64,000 bases of DNA, from positions 1 to 64,000 of the forward strand of contig JAAILG010000383.1 of assembly GCA_012026655.1 (NCBI GenBank), given 5' to 3'. Positions 1 to 13,250 of this stretch are shown here, in pieces. The stretch comes from Hydrolagus affinis. Lineage: Eukaryota. Every line of letters begins with the position of its first letter. Position 1 is the stretch's first letter. Made by a program: the position numbers and the translations under genes. The notes below the pieces were generated by a model. The model was not told the origin of the DNA, did no database searches, and was given only the letters and a program-made list of their open reading frames with translations.

Positions 1-135
1 CGCGGAGGCGGGTGCGGGATAATACACGGGCTGCAGAGTTTTGGATGACCTGCAGCCTGTGAATGGAGGAACTGGGGAGGCCGACGAGGAGAGAGTTTCC
101 ATAGTCGAGCCTCGAGGTGATGTACGCGTGCACAA
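1..135 (-). mobile_element. L2-clade LINE ORF2 fragment
   Basis: Minus strand SRLDYGNSLLVGLPSSSIHRLQVIQNSAARVLSRTR, the typical L2 C-terminal motif. Confidence 0.85.
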
Positions 136-438
136 GTGTTTCGGCAGCGCGGGGGGTAAGATAGTTGCGGACTTAACAACATGGGGAACAACAGCAATAT
201 AGAATAACTTAACAATATATAAATAATCTTAATGAAACAACTAATGACATGGTTTCAGTACTGGTTGCTAATTAAGCTGGAACAAAGCAATTTGGAGAAA
301 TGCACGTGGCTATGGAGGCCACTGGAATATAAATATTATTTTGATACAGTATTTTACATGCCTCTAATCTCCATCTATTGCATTGAGAAAATGTGCCCGT
401 GTTTGTTGCATCCTGAAGATGTAATAATACCATCCATC

Positions 439-523
439 GTTTTCCATGGCAACGTAAAGTAATTTAATTCGTTCCCTTCAGTTTGCTCAAATCCAATGCT
501 GGATGCTGGGTAACCATGGCGAC
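439..523. promoter_or_regulatory. Pair of RFX X-box motifs
   Basis: GTTTTCCATGGCAAC (439-453) and GTAACCATGGCGAC (510-523) match the palindromic X-box consensus GTNRCC(N)RGYAAC. Confidence 0.45.
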
Positions 524-1691
524 CACTAAAGCAATAAGCTCAATCAATAGCATCAATGGAGTTACAGCAAAAAGTGGCTTCAATCCTTCAGTACAATGAT
601 TTCTCACATATTCTTTCCAGAACACTTTAGCTTAAAATAGAAACCACTTTATCTCAAGCTTGATTTTTTTTTAGAGATTAAATGGGACTCAGCTGAAAAT
701 TGACCATTTGCTCATTTAAAACCTCCTTTCTACCTTTTTTTTGCATCAATCAGATGAATAATATTGCTGGACAGGCTCTTGATTCAAAATGCCCCGTTAG
801 TTATTTTTATTGCCTTTCTTTCCAACCCGCGGTGTTGTAAGAGGCGATGCACCTTGACCTTCTAGCTAGTTCCCTCGTTTAAAATAAAACCTTTTAAGCG
901 ACCTGTCATTGAGTTGCACTGGGAAAGGGAAAGGAAATGGATCTGGGTAGGACAGAATGGATCAGTTCCTCATTCATTTTAATAGTGGCTTTAAAAGGGA
1001 AGCAATAAAATGGTCCCTTTTTGAGTGAGGAGTGTTGGATAGAGTTGGAGAATTTAGCGGAAAATAAAGTTATTCGCTCTGATTATTGTCAATGCTGCAG
1101 TGGAGTGGAGAATATTATTTCAATTTTATACCAAGTGTCTCAGGAGCTTGTGATTTTACAAACCCCAGGAGCTGATCACGCTGATAATGCACTGAATTCA
1201 TCCACTTTCATTAGCTGCGTTGACAATTACCTGGATACGCATGACCTCCAAGAATAGCTCGGTAATTGAGGTTTAAAAAGGTGACCCATTTTGACACGCA
1301 TCACTATTCAAAATAAACAGCTCCATGTACGGAAAGTAATGTGTCACCTTTGCTGACTATAGGTGTCTCCACGAACATATTCCTCTGACATGGCATTCGC
1401 TGCAAGGAATATCTAGGCCTTGAAAGCTTAGGAAAAAAATCGTTCCACCAAGAGACCTTTACATGAACAGTGCTGTCGGCATTCAGTGCAATAAATATCC
1501 CAAAGAAAACGATTAATTGAGCAGGTTTTATGTTCGCAAACCTGCTTCGTATTGTACAAATCGAACACTGTTGTTGCTTACAAGTGATAAATCGCTGGAG
1601 ACACCCTTGGTGAAATGTTAATGAAATTAATTGTTTTTTTTGTAATGGGGTTGCTCAGAATCTCACTCTCTCAGGGCATCCGCTAACCCAC

Positions 1692-1987
1692 CTTTCCCTT
1701 GCCAACTTCACATGGAATGACGAACATGCTTTGACACAAGCCAAAATAAATCATTTGTTTTTCAGGCGCGCAGAGCAGGTTTTCAGTCAATGCAGCAATC
1801 CTTGTACCAATGCTATAATCAACCTGAACAATGCACTTAATTAAGCCTTCTTCAGCAGACTCTACTCTGCATGCGCAATGAGGTGAGGTAGCTGAAATCA
1901 GAGCTGCGAGGCGACTAAAGCTATAAAAGCACTCCAGATTAATAGTCACTTCATTTACTCTATAAGTCACACTCAAGCCATGAAAAT
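1692..1987 (-). pseudogene. Exon of locus A (fully open, 296 nt)
   Basis: ttttcctgctgtag|(D)FHGLSVTYRVNEVTINLECFYSFSRLAALISATS...FVIPCEVGKGK|gtgggt; phase 1-0; the next segment 1541-1348 starts in phase 0. Confidence 0.6.
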
Positions 1988-2337
1988 CTACAGCAGGAAA
2001 AGCCTGATCTATGCCTCCTTGACATGTTATTTTAAAAACATTCTGAGTTCAAATTGTCGTCTTCATTAACAAATTTTGGTCCAAGGCTGACTTTTGGTTC
2101 TGGAAAAAAATGGTATACATTTGTCACCCATCTATTTATGGCTTGATATGAAATTAAGATGTCACATCTATGATGTGATCATGCCAATGTTTCTTGAGCC
2201 TAGGTTTCAGTAACCTGAGTAAAATGCAACCTTCACAGCTCTCTTGACGCCAATGTTTCTTAAAAATTTCTTCCATCTCCACTTATTTAGTCAACCATAA
2301 TATGTGGACAAGGGCTCCTTTTCCTAAAGAATAATGA

Positions 2338-2780
2338 CATCAACAAAATTACATTAGTAGAGCGCCTTTCACATCAGAAGGACTTCCCAAAGTGCTAAGC
2401 TGTCAGGGGTCAGGACCCGAGCATGGGGTGGTGGGGGTGGGGATGGGGATGGGGGCAGGGTTGAGATGAGGGAGGGTAGAGGGGTAGGACAGAGACTGAA
2501 GGCATGGTCGAAGAGGAGGGTCTTGAGACCGGTCTTAAATCAGGCAATGGAGGGAGTAAGGCAAAGGGATTGTGGGATGGAGTTCCAAAATGTGTGGGCA
2601 GAGAGGCTGAAAGCCTGGCCGCCAACGATATGGTGGGTGGAGCAGGAGATATGGAGCAGGCCGGAGCCTGCTGAACAGAGGGAGCGGACAGGTTGATAAG
2701 GGATCAGAGGGTCAGAGAGGTAGGAGGGGGCAAGGCTGTGGAGGTCCTTGAAGATGAGGACAAGGATCTTGAATTTGAAT
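2338..2780 (-). mobile_element. L2 LINE 3' end
   Basis: Minus strand FKILVLIFKDLHSLAPSYLSDPLIPYQPVRSL, followed by 3' UTR and stem-loop tail ending in aatgtaattttgttg. Confidence 0.8.
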
Positions 2781-2816
2781 TAACCTTTAATACAATTTTT
2801 TTTAAGGTTATGTTCC

Positions 2817-3135
2817 TTTAATAATAATAATCCTTGCATTTGATATAGCGCTTTTCACATCTTATCGATGTCCCAAAGAGCTTCACAGAATATATACAAA
2901 TATATATTTGTGGGGAATCGCGGCAGCTAATTGCGCACAGCAGTGTCCCACAAACAGTCGTGGATTGAAATGACCGATTTTTTTTATTATTGTGGGGTTT
3001 TTTTGGACGGATTATTATTAGGCGTGTGGAGCACTTGCCCAAGGTTTCACCCTGACCTGCCTGGATTCGAACACAGGTCTCCCCAGCTTGGTCTCCCCAG
3101 CTTGCAAGACAACCACCAAGCCACAGAAGCTCCAG
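2817..3135 (-). mobile_element. tRNA-derived SINE (dominant family), near full length
   Basis: B box ttcgaatcc, body gtgggacactgctgtgcgcaatt, tail atcaaatgcaaggattattatt. Confidence 0.9.
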
Positions 3136-4431
3136 AGTTTCGAGACAACTTGTATTTAGAGTTTCAGAAGTCATCTGAAACTTTTTGTCTTTCAATGGAA
3201 GTGAAATCTCATTCTGAAGCAGTTCATTCTCACACATGGAGTCTGCTGGGTATTTTATTCCACCGATACTGGAGTGCTAATTTAGTAGATTATTTCCAGA
3301 AGGGGAGCCATATCTATAAAAATTGGCACCAAGAGAGAAATTAATGAGATAAAAAGATTTTAAAAAGATGAGAGCTGCAAAAATAACAATTGCCCTCGTC
3401 CTACTTAACCTTCCTCGCTGTGCGAAATCAGCATGAAGTGGTGCAATGATCTAGATCATTTCACACAACCATCTTGATCCTGAAACTGTTGTGATGGCAA
3501 ATACTTTACAACCACAATGAACCTTAACCCGCCATGACCGCAGTGCACCTCGATAGAATCAACTACGTAGTTAAAAAGGCCCGGACTCCAGTCATGTGAA
3601 ATCATTTCACTGGGAGATGGTGGACACCACCGTTAGCTTGGTGGATACATTCACAGCATAGTGCAGCACTGAAACCCACTTTCGATCCTTGGTCTGAGCT
3701 GAGCGATCATACTGGCCCACACTGCAGCAGGCTTCAGAAATTGGCCAGTGTTTCTGTAACTGATCACCACTCAGTCACTATGCTGGAAGTGTGTGTGTGT
3801 GTGAGTGAGTGAGTGAGTTTATTGAGAACCACACAGTCAAATAGTTTGCCCTCCCAGCAATCATGGTCTTGTCTCAAGTATTGGTTCTTGGAGGAAATAA
3901 TGGAAAGTCTCTGTTGCCTATGGAAATGCAGGTAGGCATGACTCACTGGTATGGAAACAGAACTGGGGGTGGAGAAGTGCCTGAATATTTGAAATAATGT
4001 ATTTACAGTATTACTAAGAGAGAATAATAGCTGAAGTGGTAAGAATCCGGGGCTGAGCTGAACCAATGGTTTCTCTTCTTCTATCAAATTAACATCCAGG
4101 TGAAGTTTAATTTAAGCAAATTAAAACCAGGCGTTTCCCAGCACGGTTGTTATATAAGTATTGTCTGATGCGTAATACAATATTTATAGTAAATCATTGA
4201 CTCAAACGGGCCCACCACTTTCAATTACCTTGCTTGTGTGTTACAAGGTCAGATCTACAGGTTGTATAAGTAACTTTCAAAGAGATAATCTCCACATACT
4301 CAGTCATTAATTTTCAGCATCACAGGTTAAAGAGATTTTAAATTTTCTCCATTCAAATACATTTATCCATTTTAGTTATTCTGTCTTCTCAGAGCTCCAA
4401 TATACTACCCGTGTGAAGTGTGCTATATAAA

Positions 4432-4700
4432 GAACAACAATACCAACAATAAAATTATATTTGTCGAGTGCCTTTCACGCGGGGAGGACGTCCCAAGGCG
4501 CAGAATGCAAGTTGTTGTTATTTAATAAGTGTCCTGGCTTCAATCACTCTTTCACGTCAGGAGGACATTCCAAGGCGCTCATCAAGTCCTGGATGAGAGC
4601 TAACTTTCTACAGTTGAATGTCAACAATACAGAGGCCCTCGTGATTGGTTCGTACCTACGCCTTCATACCTCAGGCACCAGCGGCATCAATCTCCTTTCA
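4432..4700. mobile_element. Rearranged L2 fragments (two minus-strand tails plus a plus-strand RT fragment)
   Basis: Tails cctttcacgcggggaggacgtcccaaggcgc and tttcacgtcaggaggacattccaaggcgc; plus strand IKSWMRANFLQLNVNNTEALVIG. Confidence 0.7.
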
Positions 4701-6187
4701 TACTGTGCTACTCTATTGCAATCATTAATTACTCTCTGAGTAAAGAAATACTTCCTGGATATAGAAAACCCTTACTCGCTTGGAAATAATTATAAATCAG
4801 TTAGAAGATAACAGTTAATACAATTCTAGAGTTTTAGAAGGTCTTTTGAGGGGGATTATTTTTCACTGTGTAGGTAGATCAATATCATCTAATCCATGCT
4901 CAAACCTACAGCAAGTCCTAGGAATCCTTCATGTAATCTCACATAAATATTGAACTGAGTGAAATCTTGGATTCAATGCAGACTTCAGAAAGGTCAACCA
5001 AGCAAAAATACGGTGGCTCTGCCATATAGGTTCGGCAAGGTGAGGTTGGTCTGATTCTAAATGCTTTGTCTGTGATTTTTGCTTACATTTCTTCAACTGA
5101 AAGGGATTTATAGCAGCTCCACTATGCAAAGTTTGAAAGGATGTACTTGAATAACTGCCGAGTTATGAAACCATTTTCAATCTAATGTAACAAGCAAACA
5201 AACAAACAGATAAACAAGTGAGAACTAAGGAGATTGACAAACTGTCAATCTTATTTTAGCAGTTTTAATCTTAAATCCGAACTGTCTGCATGGATCACAT
5301 TGGTTTATCCTCAATGTGGTTGGCTCTGCGTGCAGTGGTCAGAGAGGAAGCACATTTCATCGATTTTGTGAATGTCAAGATGTTTACTTGAAGAAATTCC
5401 ACGTGGGCCGAGATTTACTCTGTTTACGTGCCGTTTTTCGAGTTCAAAATGTTTTCCAATTTGTTGAATTGGATGGATTGAATCCATCTTGACTTTGAAG
5501 CCATCTTTTGTCTTTTCTCAATTGCAGTGGTGTACAGTGTTTGTCTCCAATTTTATCCCCTCTGACTCTGGCCTCCCCTTTCCTGGTGTGGCTGCCTCAT
5601 ACAGACATGTAAATCCATGGGACCAGTCAACTTGCACAATTGGACATCCTTCAGGTGTGAACCTCCGCAGTGAGCCTTGGCTCCCCACTCAATTGGAATG
5701 GTTTCACAGCCAAACCTGCTCTCTCCCCACCTGGCTGCCACACACATGCCCAAGGGGAACTATTGAAGGTAAAAAAGAAAAACAGCTTAAAAATGAAGGC
5801 TATATTTAAGAATTTGACAAATTCTATACGCTCCGAGATGCTTCATGAATACAATAAATAAGCCCCAGCTGGAATTTCTCCCTTGAATTCTAGTGTTTTC
5901 CATATTGACGCACACCAGTTATTTTTTTTACAAGGAAGCAGCGTATCTTCTTTGTGGATTAGATTTTAGAATAAATGTTGGTTATTCCTAGTGCAGACAT
6001 GATAGAGTTCAACAAAGAGGTCCATTCCTCCAAAGTGTCAGGTTAATTTTACTGGATAATCTGAGTTGCATTACATTTGGAAATTTAGATTAATGTATAA
6101 CATCTACATGAGCATCAAGGTGTAACTGATTCTTGATGACAAGTAGAGGTTATTAAAAAAATATCCTTTCCTTTATTGGTGTCAATC

Positions 6188-6250
6188 CAGCGCCTTGAGA
6201 CGTCCTCCCGACGTGAAAGGTACTCTATAAATGTAAGTTTGTTGTTGTTT
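6188..6250 (+). mobile_element. L2 3' tail
   Basis: cagcgccttgagacgtcctcccgacgtgaaaggtactctataaatgtaagtttgttgttg. Confidence 0.75.
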
Positions 6251-7296
6251 TTTACAAATCTTTGTCCACTCTTCTAAATGACAAGGAAGAGATTTAAACA
6301 AGCATATAACTGTGGGATTGAAATGAGAGCAAATTGTTCAGATTTAGGTCATTAAGGTTTCCAAACTTGTCCGACTCATCAATGAGACTCCAAGGTTTAC
6401 GGTGTGTGTTTCCACCCAGCGAGTGAAAGCCCTAAGAGGTGGGATGTCCTGGCTGGACAAGTACCATGACATGTGGTTATCATTTATTAAGGTTTTGGTC
6501 AGCAGGAAGGTTCACACGCGCACACATTAGGCACAGTCGGAGGTGGAGTTTGCAGATGGTGCTGAACATGCATGGCAGTAAGCCTGCGAATAACAGCTTC
6601 AACGCTAAAAAAAAAAGAAAAACACAAACTTTGTGTATTGCCAGATTTTGTGTACTGTTTGGCACAAAAGGGCAGAAAAAGTAAATGATCATTATTGATT
6701 GATACAGCCCAAACTATTCATCTGATATGAAACAATGTTTATGAATGCGGCAAGGTCTTATAGGAGGAAACTGACATCTTTCCATCTCCCAACCGCACTG
6801 AGCAGAGCTTGGTTTAGCTCCTGTGATAATCCACGGTGATAAACCAATTGGCAGGTGCCACAAAACGGGACAGACGGAGAGAAAGCAACGAAATAAAGGG
6901 AAAAGTTTTGTCGGAGCAGACAACAAAAATAGAATCCAGGCCTTTGGAGAGATTGTAAAGTGTTTCAGTTTTAATTATCTGTGTTCTGTTAAAGTGCGAT
7001 TGTTAATTTATTTTCATTAATATGGTGGGTTGGTTGTGTGCAGACAGTAAGCTGAGAGGAGAGAGGGCTAACAGAGAGTTTACCCAATGCTGTTCTACTT
7101 AATCTCTTTTGAAAAGAATGCTGAATCAGAAACCAGATAGGATCTGAGGGAACACGTTAATGCTCATTTCAGATGTTTTCATTTTCATTTCCTTTGTATC
7201 CGACAAATTCTATCAAACAGTATTTTAGAGATAGAGAAGCAGCATCAAATTCAATTGTCTGGTCTCAGCCATGCCTTTGTCTACATGGTCAGAGCG

Positions 7297-8020
7297 ACAA
7301 CAACTTCTATTTATATGGTGTCCTCCACACTAGGTGGCACCTCAGAATGGCGGAGCCTGAGGTCGAGTCAGTGGGAGGGGGAAGGTGACCGTAAGCGAGA
7401 GAAAGGTCTTTAGGCAAAACCCAAAGATGGGATAGGAGGAGATGAGGCGAAGGGATTGAGGAAGAGATTTCCAAAGTTTTGGGTATAGCACGGCCTCCGA
7501 TGGTGGAGTGGAGGACTCAGGGGACAAGGAGGAGGCCAGACACAGTAGAGCGGAGGCAGAGAGTACTGCTGTGAGGAGAGAAGAGGTTAGAGAGGCAGGT
7601 GAGTACCGAGGAGTGGAGGGATTTAAACACAAGAAGTCGATCTGCCCTGTGACAGGGAATCAGTGCAGTTTGGCAAGGACTGGGATAATCGGAGTACAAT
7701 GTTTGGTGCGAATGAGAATGCGGGCAGCAGAGTTTTGTATGAGTTGAATTTTGTGAATGGTGGAGGAGGGGAAACCGGTGAGGAGCATGTTGAAGTAATC
7801 CAGCCAAGAGCTGATAAAGGCATGGCCCGGGGTTTCGGCAGCTTTTGGGGTGAGGTATCGGCGGAGACAGGCAATGTGGTGGAGATGGAAGAAAGCTGTG
7901 CTGTTATGGGGGAGGAAGGATAGCAAGGGATCGCTCAAGCCTAAGTTGTGCACGTGTTCAGAGAGTTTTAAGGACAGGTTGTGCAGGTTGAGGAGATTGG
8001 AACCTTGGGACAGTAGACGT
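7297..8020 (-). mobile_element. L2 LINE 3' fragment (~720 bp)
   Basis: Minus strand AFISSWLDYFNMLLTGFPSSTIHKIQLIQNSAARILIRTKHCTPIIPVLAKLH plus tail with (TTG)n. Confidence 0.85.
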
Positions 8021-9611
8021 TTCCTCAGAAGAACCTTTCCCATGATTGCCATGTGTTATTTCTGCTCCTTCCTCTCCCTCCCTCACTTTCTTCCTGCACT
8101 CAGTTACTCTGTCCTTATATATATTTTTACAACTCTGCCTCCACCACACGTTCCTGCATTCATCTTCTTAGCACTAACTCACCCTCACATCGGTTCATTC
8201 TCTCCCTCATTATTCACTATCCCTTCATGTATCCTCACACACTCACACTCAGATATTCTTCTTCCTACACTGAAACTAATCGACACACATAGGCTATTTA
8301 ACAGAACCAGTGTCGACAAAGAAACAAAGAGACCCACTATTATTCCGACCAAATTTCGAGAACGGTACTTGATATGAGGACAGACTTAATCATACAATTG
8401 TACTTGATGGAATCGTTATTTTTCAATGTAATGATTGTCTGGTTGCACATGTACTGACGTTTGAAATACACAATGAGAAGCACATTTGCACCACAAACCC
8501 ACTCTCACCTCTGAGCTTCACCTCCCTCTTCTGAGCACAAATCTTTGACTGCTCAGCGCTGTCAGAAACAATTTGCGCTGGACGAGATAAAGAGCTGCAT
8601 CCAAAGCACTTTGCCAGTCACGAGCCCACATTCATACAAAACCACTTTAATTCTCTGTGTCCGTGGTAGGTTTTTATTTGGGCTCCATTTGTACACTCTG
8701 TTAAAATTCAGTTTCAAAACCATCAAAATATTCCAGATTTCTTGAGAATGTGAGCTTGATAAAGTAACACCAACAGAAGTCATTGGTGAGATGCGATCTT
8801 TAAGCTGGATAATGATTCATCATAAAGCAGTATCACTGGAGACCATGAACTAGGTCACTGCTTAGTACTGTAGTTAGGCTGTGCATTCCCTAGTACAAAT
8901 GCTGCTTTTTATGTCTGCAAAGGTTAATTGGTGTAAATACACAATGAAAGAAAGAGGAACCTTGGGAATATGGAAGGCTTCTAAAGGAAGAAGTGGGACT
9001 CAGTGACATTGGGAAAAGACTTCTAAATTAGGAATGTGGTTTAGAAGGAAACAATGAGGCTGGAAGATTAATTCATATCCACCCGAATCTAGTCCAATAA
9101 AAAAAAAGCTCTGAATAGAGAAAGAGGTCAGGTTGTCCTGTCTGCAGTAATGTTACCATCTGGTGACTGATCTTAGTGAAATGACTATTTTGGTACCGAT
9201 CCTATTTTTAGTGTAATTAAAACAAATTTGCACTTTTATATTAAATTAATTCTAGCCACAATGGATTAGCAAACAATGGTTAAAACGGCAATTAACCTGC
9301 TTTTTAATAGGGAGAAGCTGACTATAATAAGCCAAGCTACCACTTTACACATTTTTTTTTACACCAGATATGGAATTCAATGTATCCCCCAAAATGTTCG
9401 ACTAGTTCTCAATGATAAATTTTCACTGTACATTTTGTTACAGGTACAACTGCTTGGAGTCATAGAATCATAGGGATTTCATAACACAAACAAATTCACA
9501 ATCAGAAATCTTTTTATCTAAGATGTGAGATATTTTTAAGGGGGAAAAAAAGCAATTGTGAAAAAAAGGTAATTTCTGTCTCTGCACATTCGTAAGGCAC
9601 AGCAGATTGTC

Positions 9612-9640
9612 CTCTAGACCAGTGTTTCTCAACCCTTTCA
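9612..9640 (+). mobile_element. Possible hAT/Charlie terminal inverted repeat, one end only
   Basis: ctctagac (Charlie-type NTCTAGAN target site) directly followed by CAGTGTTTCTCAACC; partner end not found. Confidence 0.3.
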
Positions 9641-9865
9641 ACAGCAACAACAACAACAACTTCGATTTATATAGCGCCCTCCACGCCGGACGGCGTCTCA
9701 GAGCACTTTTCGATGCGCGCTATCTTCCTAAACTGACGTGGACTGCTTTTAATGTCCTGGCCATTTTTGTCTATTTTTTACTGCTAGATTTGTGCATATA
9801 ACAACAACAACTTCAATTTATATAGCACCCTCCACGCCAGACGGCGTCTCAGAGCGTTTCACAAT
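9640..9865 (-). mobile_element. Two short L2-type 3' tails of a second subfamily
   Basis: (caa)n-cttcgatttatatagcgccctccacgccggacggcgtctcagagc at ~9645-9708, with a near copy at ~9800-9862. Confidence 0.65.
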
Positions 9866-11209
9866 AACGGATCCCGGGACCGAGACAGGAGCAGGGGAAG
9901 GGGCCAGGGCCCTAACTATAAGAATATAAGAAGTAGGAGCCACCCTCTCTCTCCTTACCCCACCCCCACCAAAACAGTGTATGAACCCATGATACCGTCA
10001 GGCTACACAGGCAATGTAGCAACTGTCAGAGAGAGAGGGAAAGAAAGGGGAAGAGATAGAAAGAGAGAGGGAGCGATAGAGAGGAAGGAAGGAGAGGGAG
10101 AGAAATGAAATCATCTATCAGTTCATTGACAATGTAATGCATGTTTGGTGGGACACTGGTGTGCGCAATTGGCTGCTGTGTTTCGCCCACAAATATAGTC
10201 AATTCACTTTACAGTACAATATCCTCTGTGAAATGCTTTGAGATGTCTAGATTCAAGACTCTGAAAACGTTTAAAACTAGCAGTTTGGTTCGTAAATGTA
10301 ATAAATGCCCATTCAAATGAGGCATTTGATCACAAGAAGATGCCTTATTTCAGTCTGGCATTTTCAAGCATTGTACGCAAGCCCTTGTGCTCAGGATATT
10401 TCACCATTCACCACTTTGCACAAAAAAACGACGTTATAAATTGACCTTGAATAATTTTTTGCGAGATAGAGATGCAGTGCATTTATATCAGGCGTCAAGA
10501 AACTGTTCTACCAATCTGATTTGAGCAAGGATTGGAATTCTCTTTTATTTTGTCAGGAAAATTTGCTCGGTTTGTCAGCTTCAGTTAAACATCCACATGG
10601 ACTGTGACCGGGGGTTAAGAGACCAACAGCAGTTGCAACAGATGTGATGCACATCTCGCAAGGAGGACCGAAAATTGAGGATTAGTTTAGGTTTGAATTC
10701 AATTGAGGAGGACCCAGTTTAGCTCTTTGTTTTTATTTTGCAGCTAAATTGAGATAATTTGAGTGGTTCTTAGCCGCGCTGTGTAATGCTGATGCAGCTC
10801 TTCACTAACGTTGGAAGCAGCTTCTTTCACCAGTGCCAAGGGGGCATGGGCAGGTGTGACCCACATTTTGAATTATGCGGCATGCAGTGATCGTGAGCAA
10901 AAGGAATGAATAAAGAGAGGTAATTTGTCCCATAGAGGATGATTCAATCCAATAGACCACGTGCAATTAGTACTAAAATGTGCTCCATCCAAATTATTTC
11001 ATTTAGTTGGGGTGTTGAAACAGTATGTTAAACTTCTAAAAGAATGCGTATCTCTTGGCTTAGTGGTTAAATAGGAACAGGACCTAATAACTCAGGTGGT
11101 TCCAGCTGGACAAGCAATAGGAACAATCTCAGCACCTTGGGACGTTCTTCTGATGTGAAACACACTCTAAGTGTAATTTTGTTATTTTGTTGTTGTTGGG
11201 AAAGCTTGC

Positions 11210-11466
11210 CAGACAGTGCTATCAATGGCAATTTTAGCTGGTTGAAATCCATATTATGTAATCTCCAAGCCTTGGCTCCAACCAACCTGTGCCTAATAAT
11301 CTCCAGAATTAAGTTAACAGTTTGCACAAGACCCTGTATAAATTGCATACGTATATAAACCTCCCAGGTTTGTTTGGATACTCTTAAACATGTGACGGGT
11401 TTCCACACATCAGACACCCAGCTGACCAAATATTAAACTCCTTGTATAAAGTATTCAAGGTATTTC
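11210..11466 (-). pseudogene. Exon of locus A with one premature stop and GC donor
   Basis: caacag|KYLEYFIQGV*YLVSWVSDVWKP...LKLPLIALS|gcaagc; TAA at 11435-11433; phase 2-1. Confidence 0.55.
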
Positions 11467-11753
11467 CTGTTGTGACTGTCAAAAAATAAACTCAAAGGAA
11501 AATACAAGTTACACAACGGAGCAGTTATATAAACTGAACAGTAATGCCATGTTTTGTGTGTTCCTTCTGGTCTGTTAAAACTAGAACGTCATTAGAGAAT
11601 TGCGCAAGATGTAACCATTGAGAGATGGGTATTTATAATAAATCCACTTGCCATGTATTTGTCAAATTGTATTAATGACAATTAAACGCCAGTCAGTCCT
11701 GAGTAAAGGATTCTTGTCATTAACTTCATAAAAGATCTGGTCTGTATGCCTAC

Positions 11754-11949
11754 TGATGCAAATTCATTAGGATTGCATGGCCTTTTTGGGAAGAAAGCTG
11801 AACAGAATTTTGTTTAGGCTGATTTGAAGTCCCAGCCTGTAGGCACAAGGCCAGACCTCCTATGGACAGCCTGACGTGCTCTGGTGAATGGAACGTGATG
11901 TGACAGGTGACAGGATAAGTTTTCCAGTATCTTGTGAAATATATTCCCC
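11754..11949 (-). pseudogene. Exon of locus A (fully open, 196 nt)
   Basis: tcgtctgcag|GIYFTRYWKTYPVTCHITFHSPEHVRLSIGGLALCLQ...ILMNLH(Q)|gtaggc; phase 1-2; joins in frame to 11466-11210. Confidence 0.58.
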
Positions 11950-13104
11950 CTGCAGACGAGGATAAATGTGCCCTACTTCCGCGACCTGCACCTTGAGACA
12001 AAGACACGCGCTGGCATGGATAGTTAATGTACAGTGGATCAAAAAACTATATGCTTGCCCGGCACGATAAGGCACTATGTCAAATGCAAGGATTATTATT
12101 TTCATTACTTGTACAAATTGTCTAGTAAGTAAGCATTATCTTTTAGCTTAAATGTTTACAGAAGTGTGGCTGTGAGTAGAAAAGATGTACTGTATAAGTA
12201 AGGAAACAGAAGCCATTTCACACATAAGAAATACTGAGTGACTAGTGAGATTGCTCAATCCCCATTGCCCAATGGGTAAATACATTGCATGGTAATTCCA
12301 TGGAGCCGATAGCCCGAAGGCTGAAAGATCTATCCTCAGTTGATCTTGAGAATATGTCAGTTAATGTTTTGAATAGTGCTGTGAATTTCTGGTCCAAAAG
12401 TACACATGGTTGGTCGGATGCTGCTTACTGCAGTTTGCATGCATACAATACTTATTGCATCTGATACAACGTAAATTTTTGCACTGACATCAACACTCGG
12501 AGAGAGATTGAAATGCAAATATCAATTAAATCTACTTTGACGTTTCCAGTGCTTCTTTCACATGGGCTGATATTGCATAAAATAAGAATTTTTAAAAAAT
12601 GAAATATTGTACCCTAGCCACTGGAATCCATGTAGAATTAATGTTTTTGAATTTATTGTGAAGGGAAGTGAGCTGAAAAGAATGATGAATCATTTAGAAA
12701 TCCTTTGAGTTCTGCAAGTCCATTTCCATATCTAATTGCTGAATGCGGCAACATTTTATAATTTATTTCAAATATATATACATGTATATGAAGAAGTTGC
12801 TCCCTGTTGAGATATAATGAATATTTACTTCCCAATAATAATAGTTTGTTCACAACAACAATGCTTTATTGGTACATTCTAGAATAATAAGCTTAATACT
12901 GCATAAAGAATAATAGACAGACGTGTTGCATTCATTGAAAGAGCCACAGAGACAGAAATGACTGGAATGACAAAGGCTATGCTGTTCTAATCCATGAAAG
13001 CACCCCCCTGTCTAGAATGCAGAGATTGTACCAATAAATAATTGTCAATTAACAAGTTGCTCTCTTATTAACTTCATTAAACAAACACTCTTACTGTGCT
13101 ACTT

Positions 13105-13250
13105 CCTAGAATCTTGCGGCACAAAAGGAGGCCATTCGGCCCATTGAGTCTGTGCCAGCTCTTTGAAAATAGCAACTCAATCCCACTCCCCAGCTCTCTC
13201 CCCAGCACCGCGCAAACCGGTCCTCCTCAAATAAACGTCTACCTTCCTAG
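13105..13250 (-). mobile_element. CR1 3' terminus
   Basis: gcacaaaaggaggccattcggcccattgagtctgtgccagctct, the reverse complement of the CR1 atgggccgaatggcctcctt terminus. Confidence 0.65.

Noticed and set aside
7850-8377. Longest ORF in the track (175 aa) as a gene
   Set aside because: Antisense to an L2 fragment and running through low-complexity pyrimidine-rich sequence; no recognisable protein features
9143-9170. Additional CTCF sites (also ~7325 and ~53660)
   Set aside because: Partial matches only; one lies inside an L2 tail
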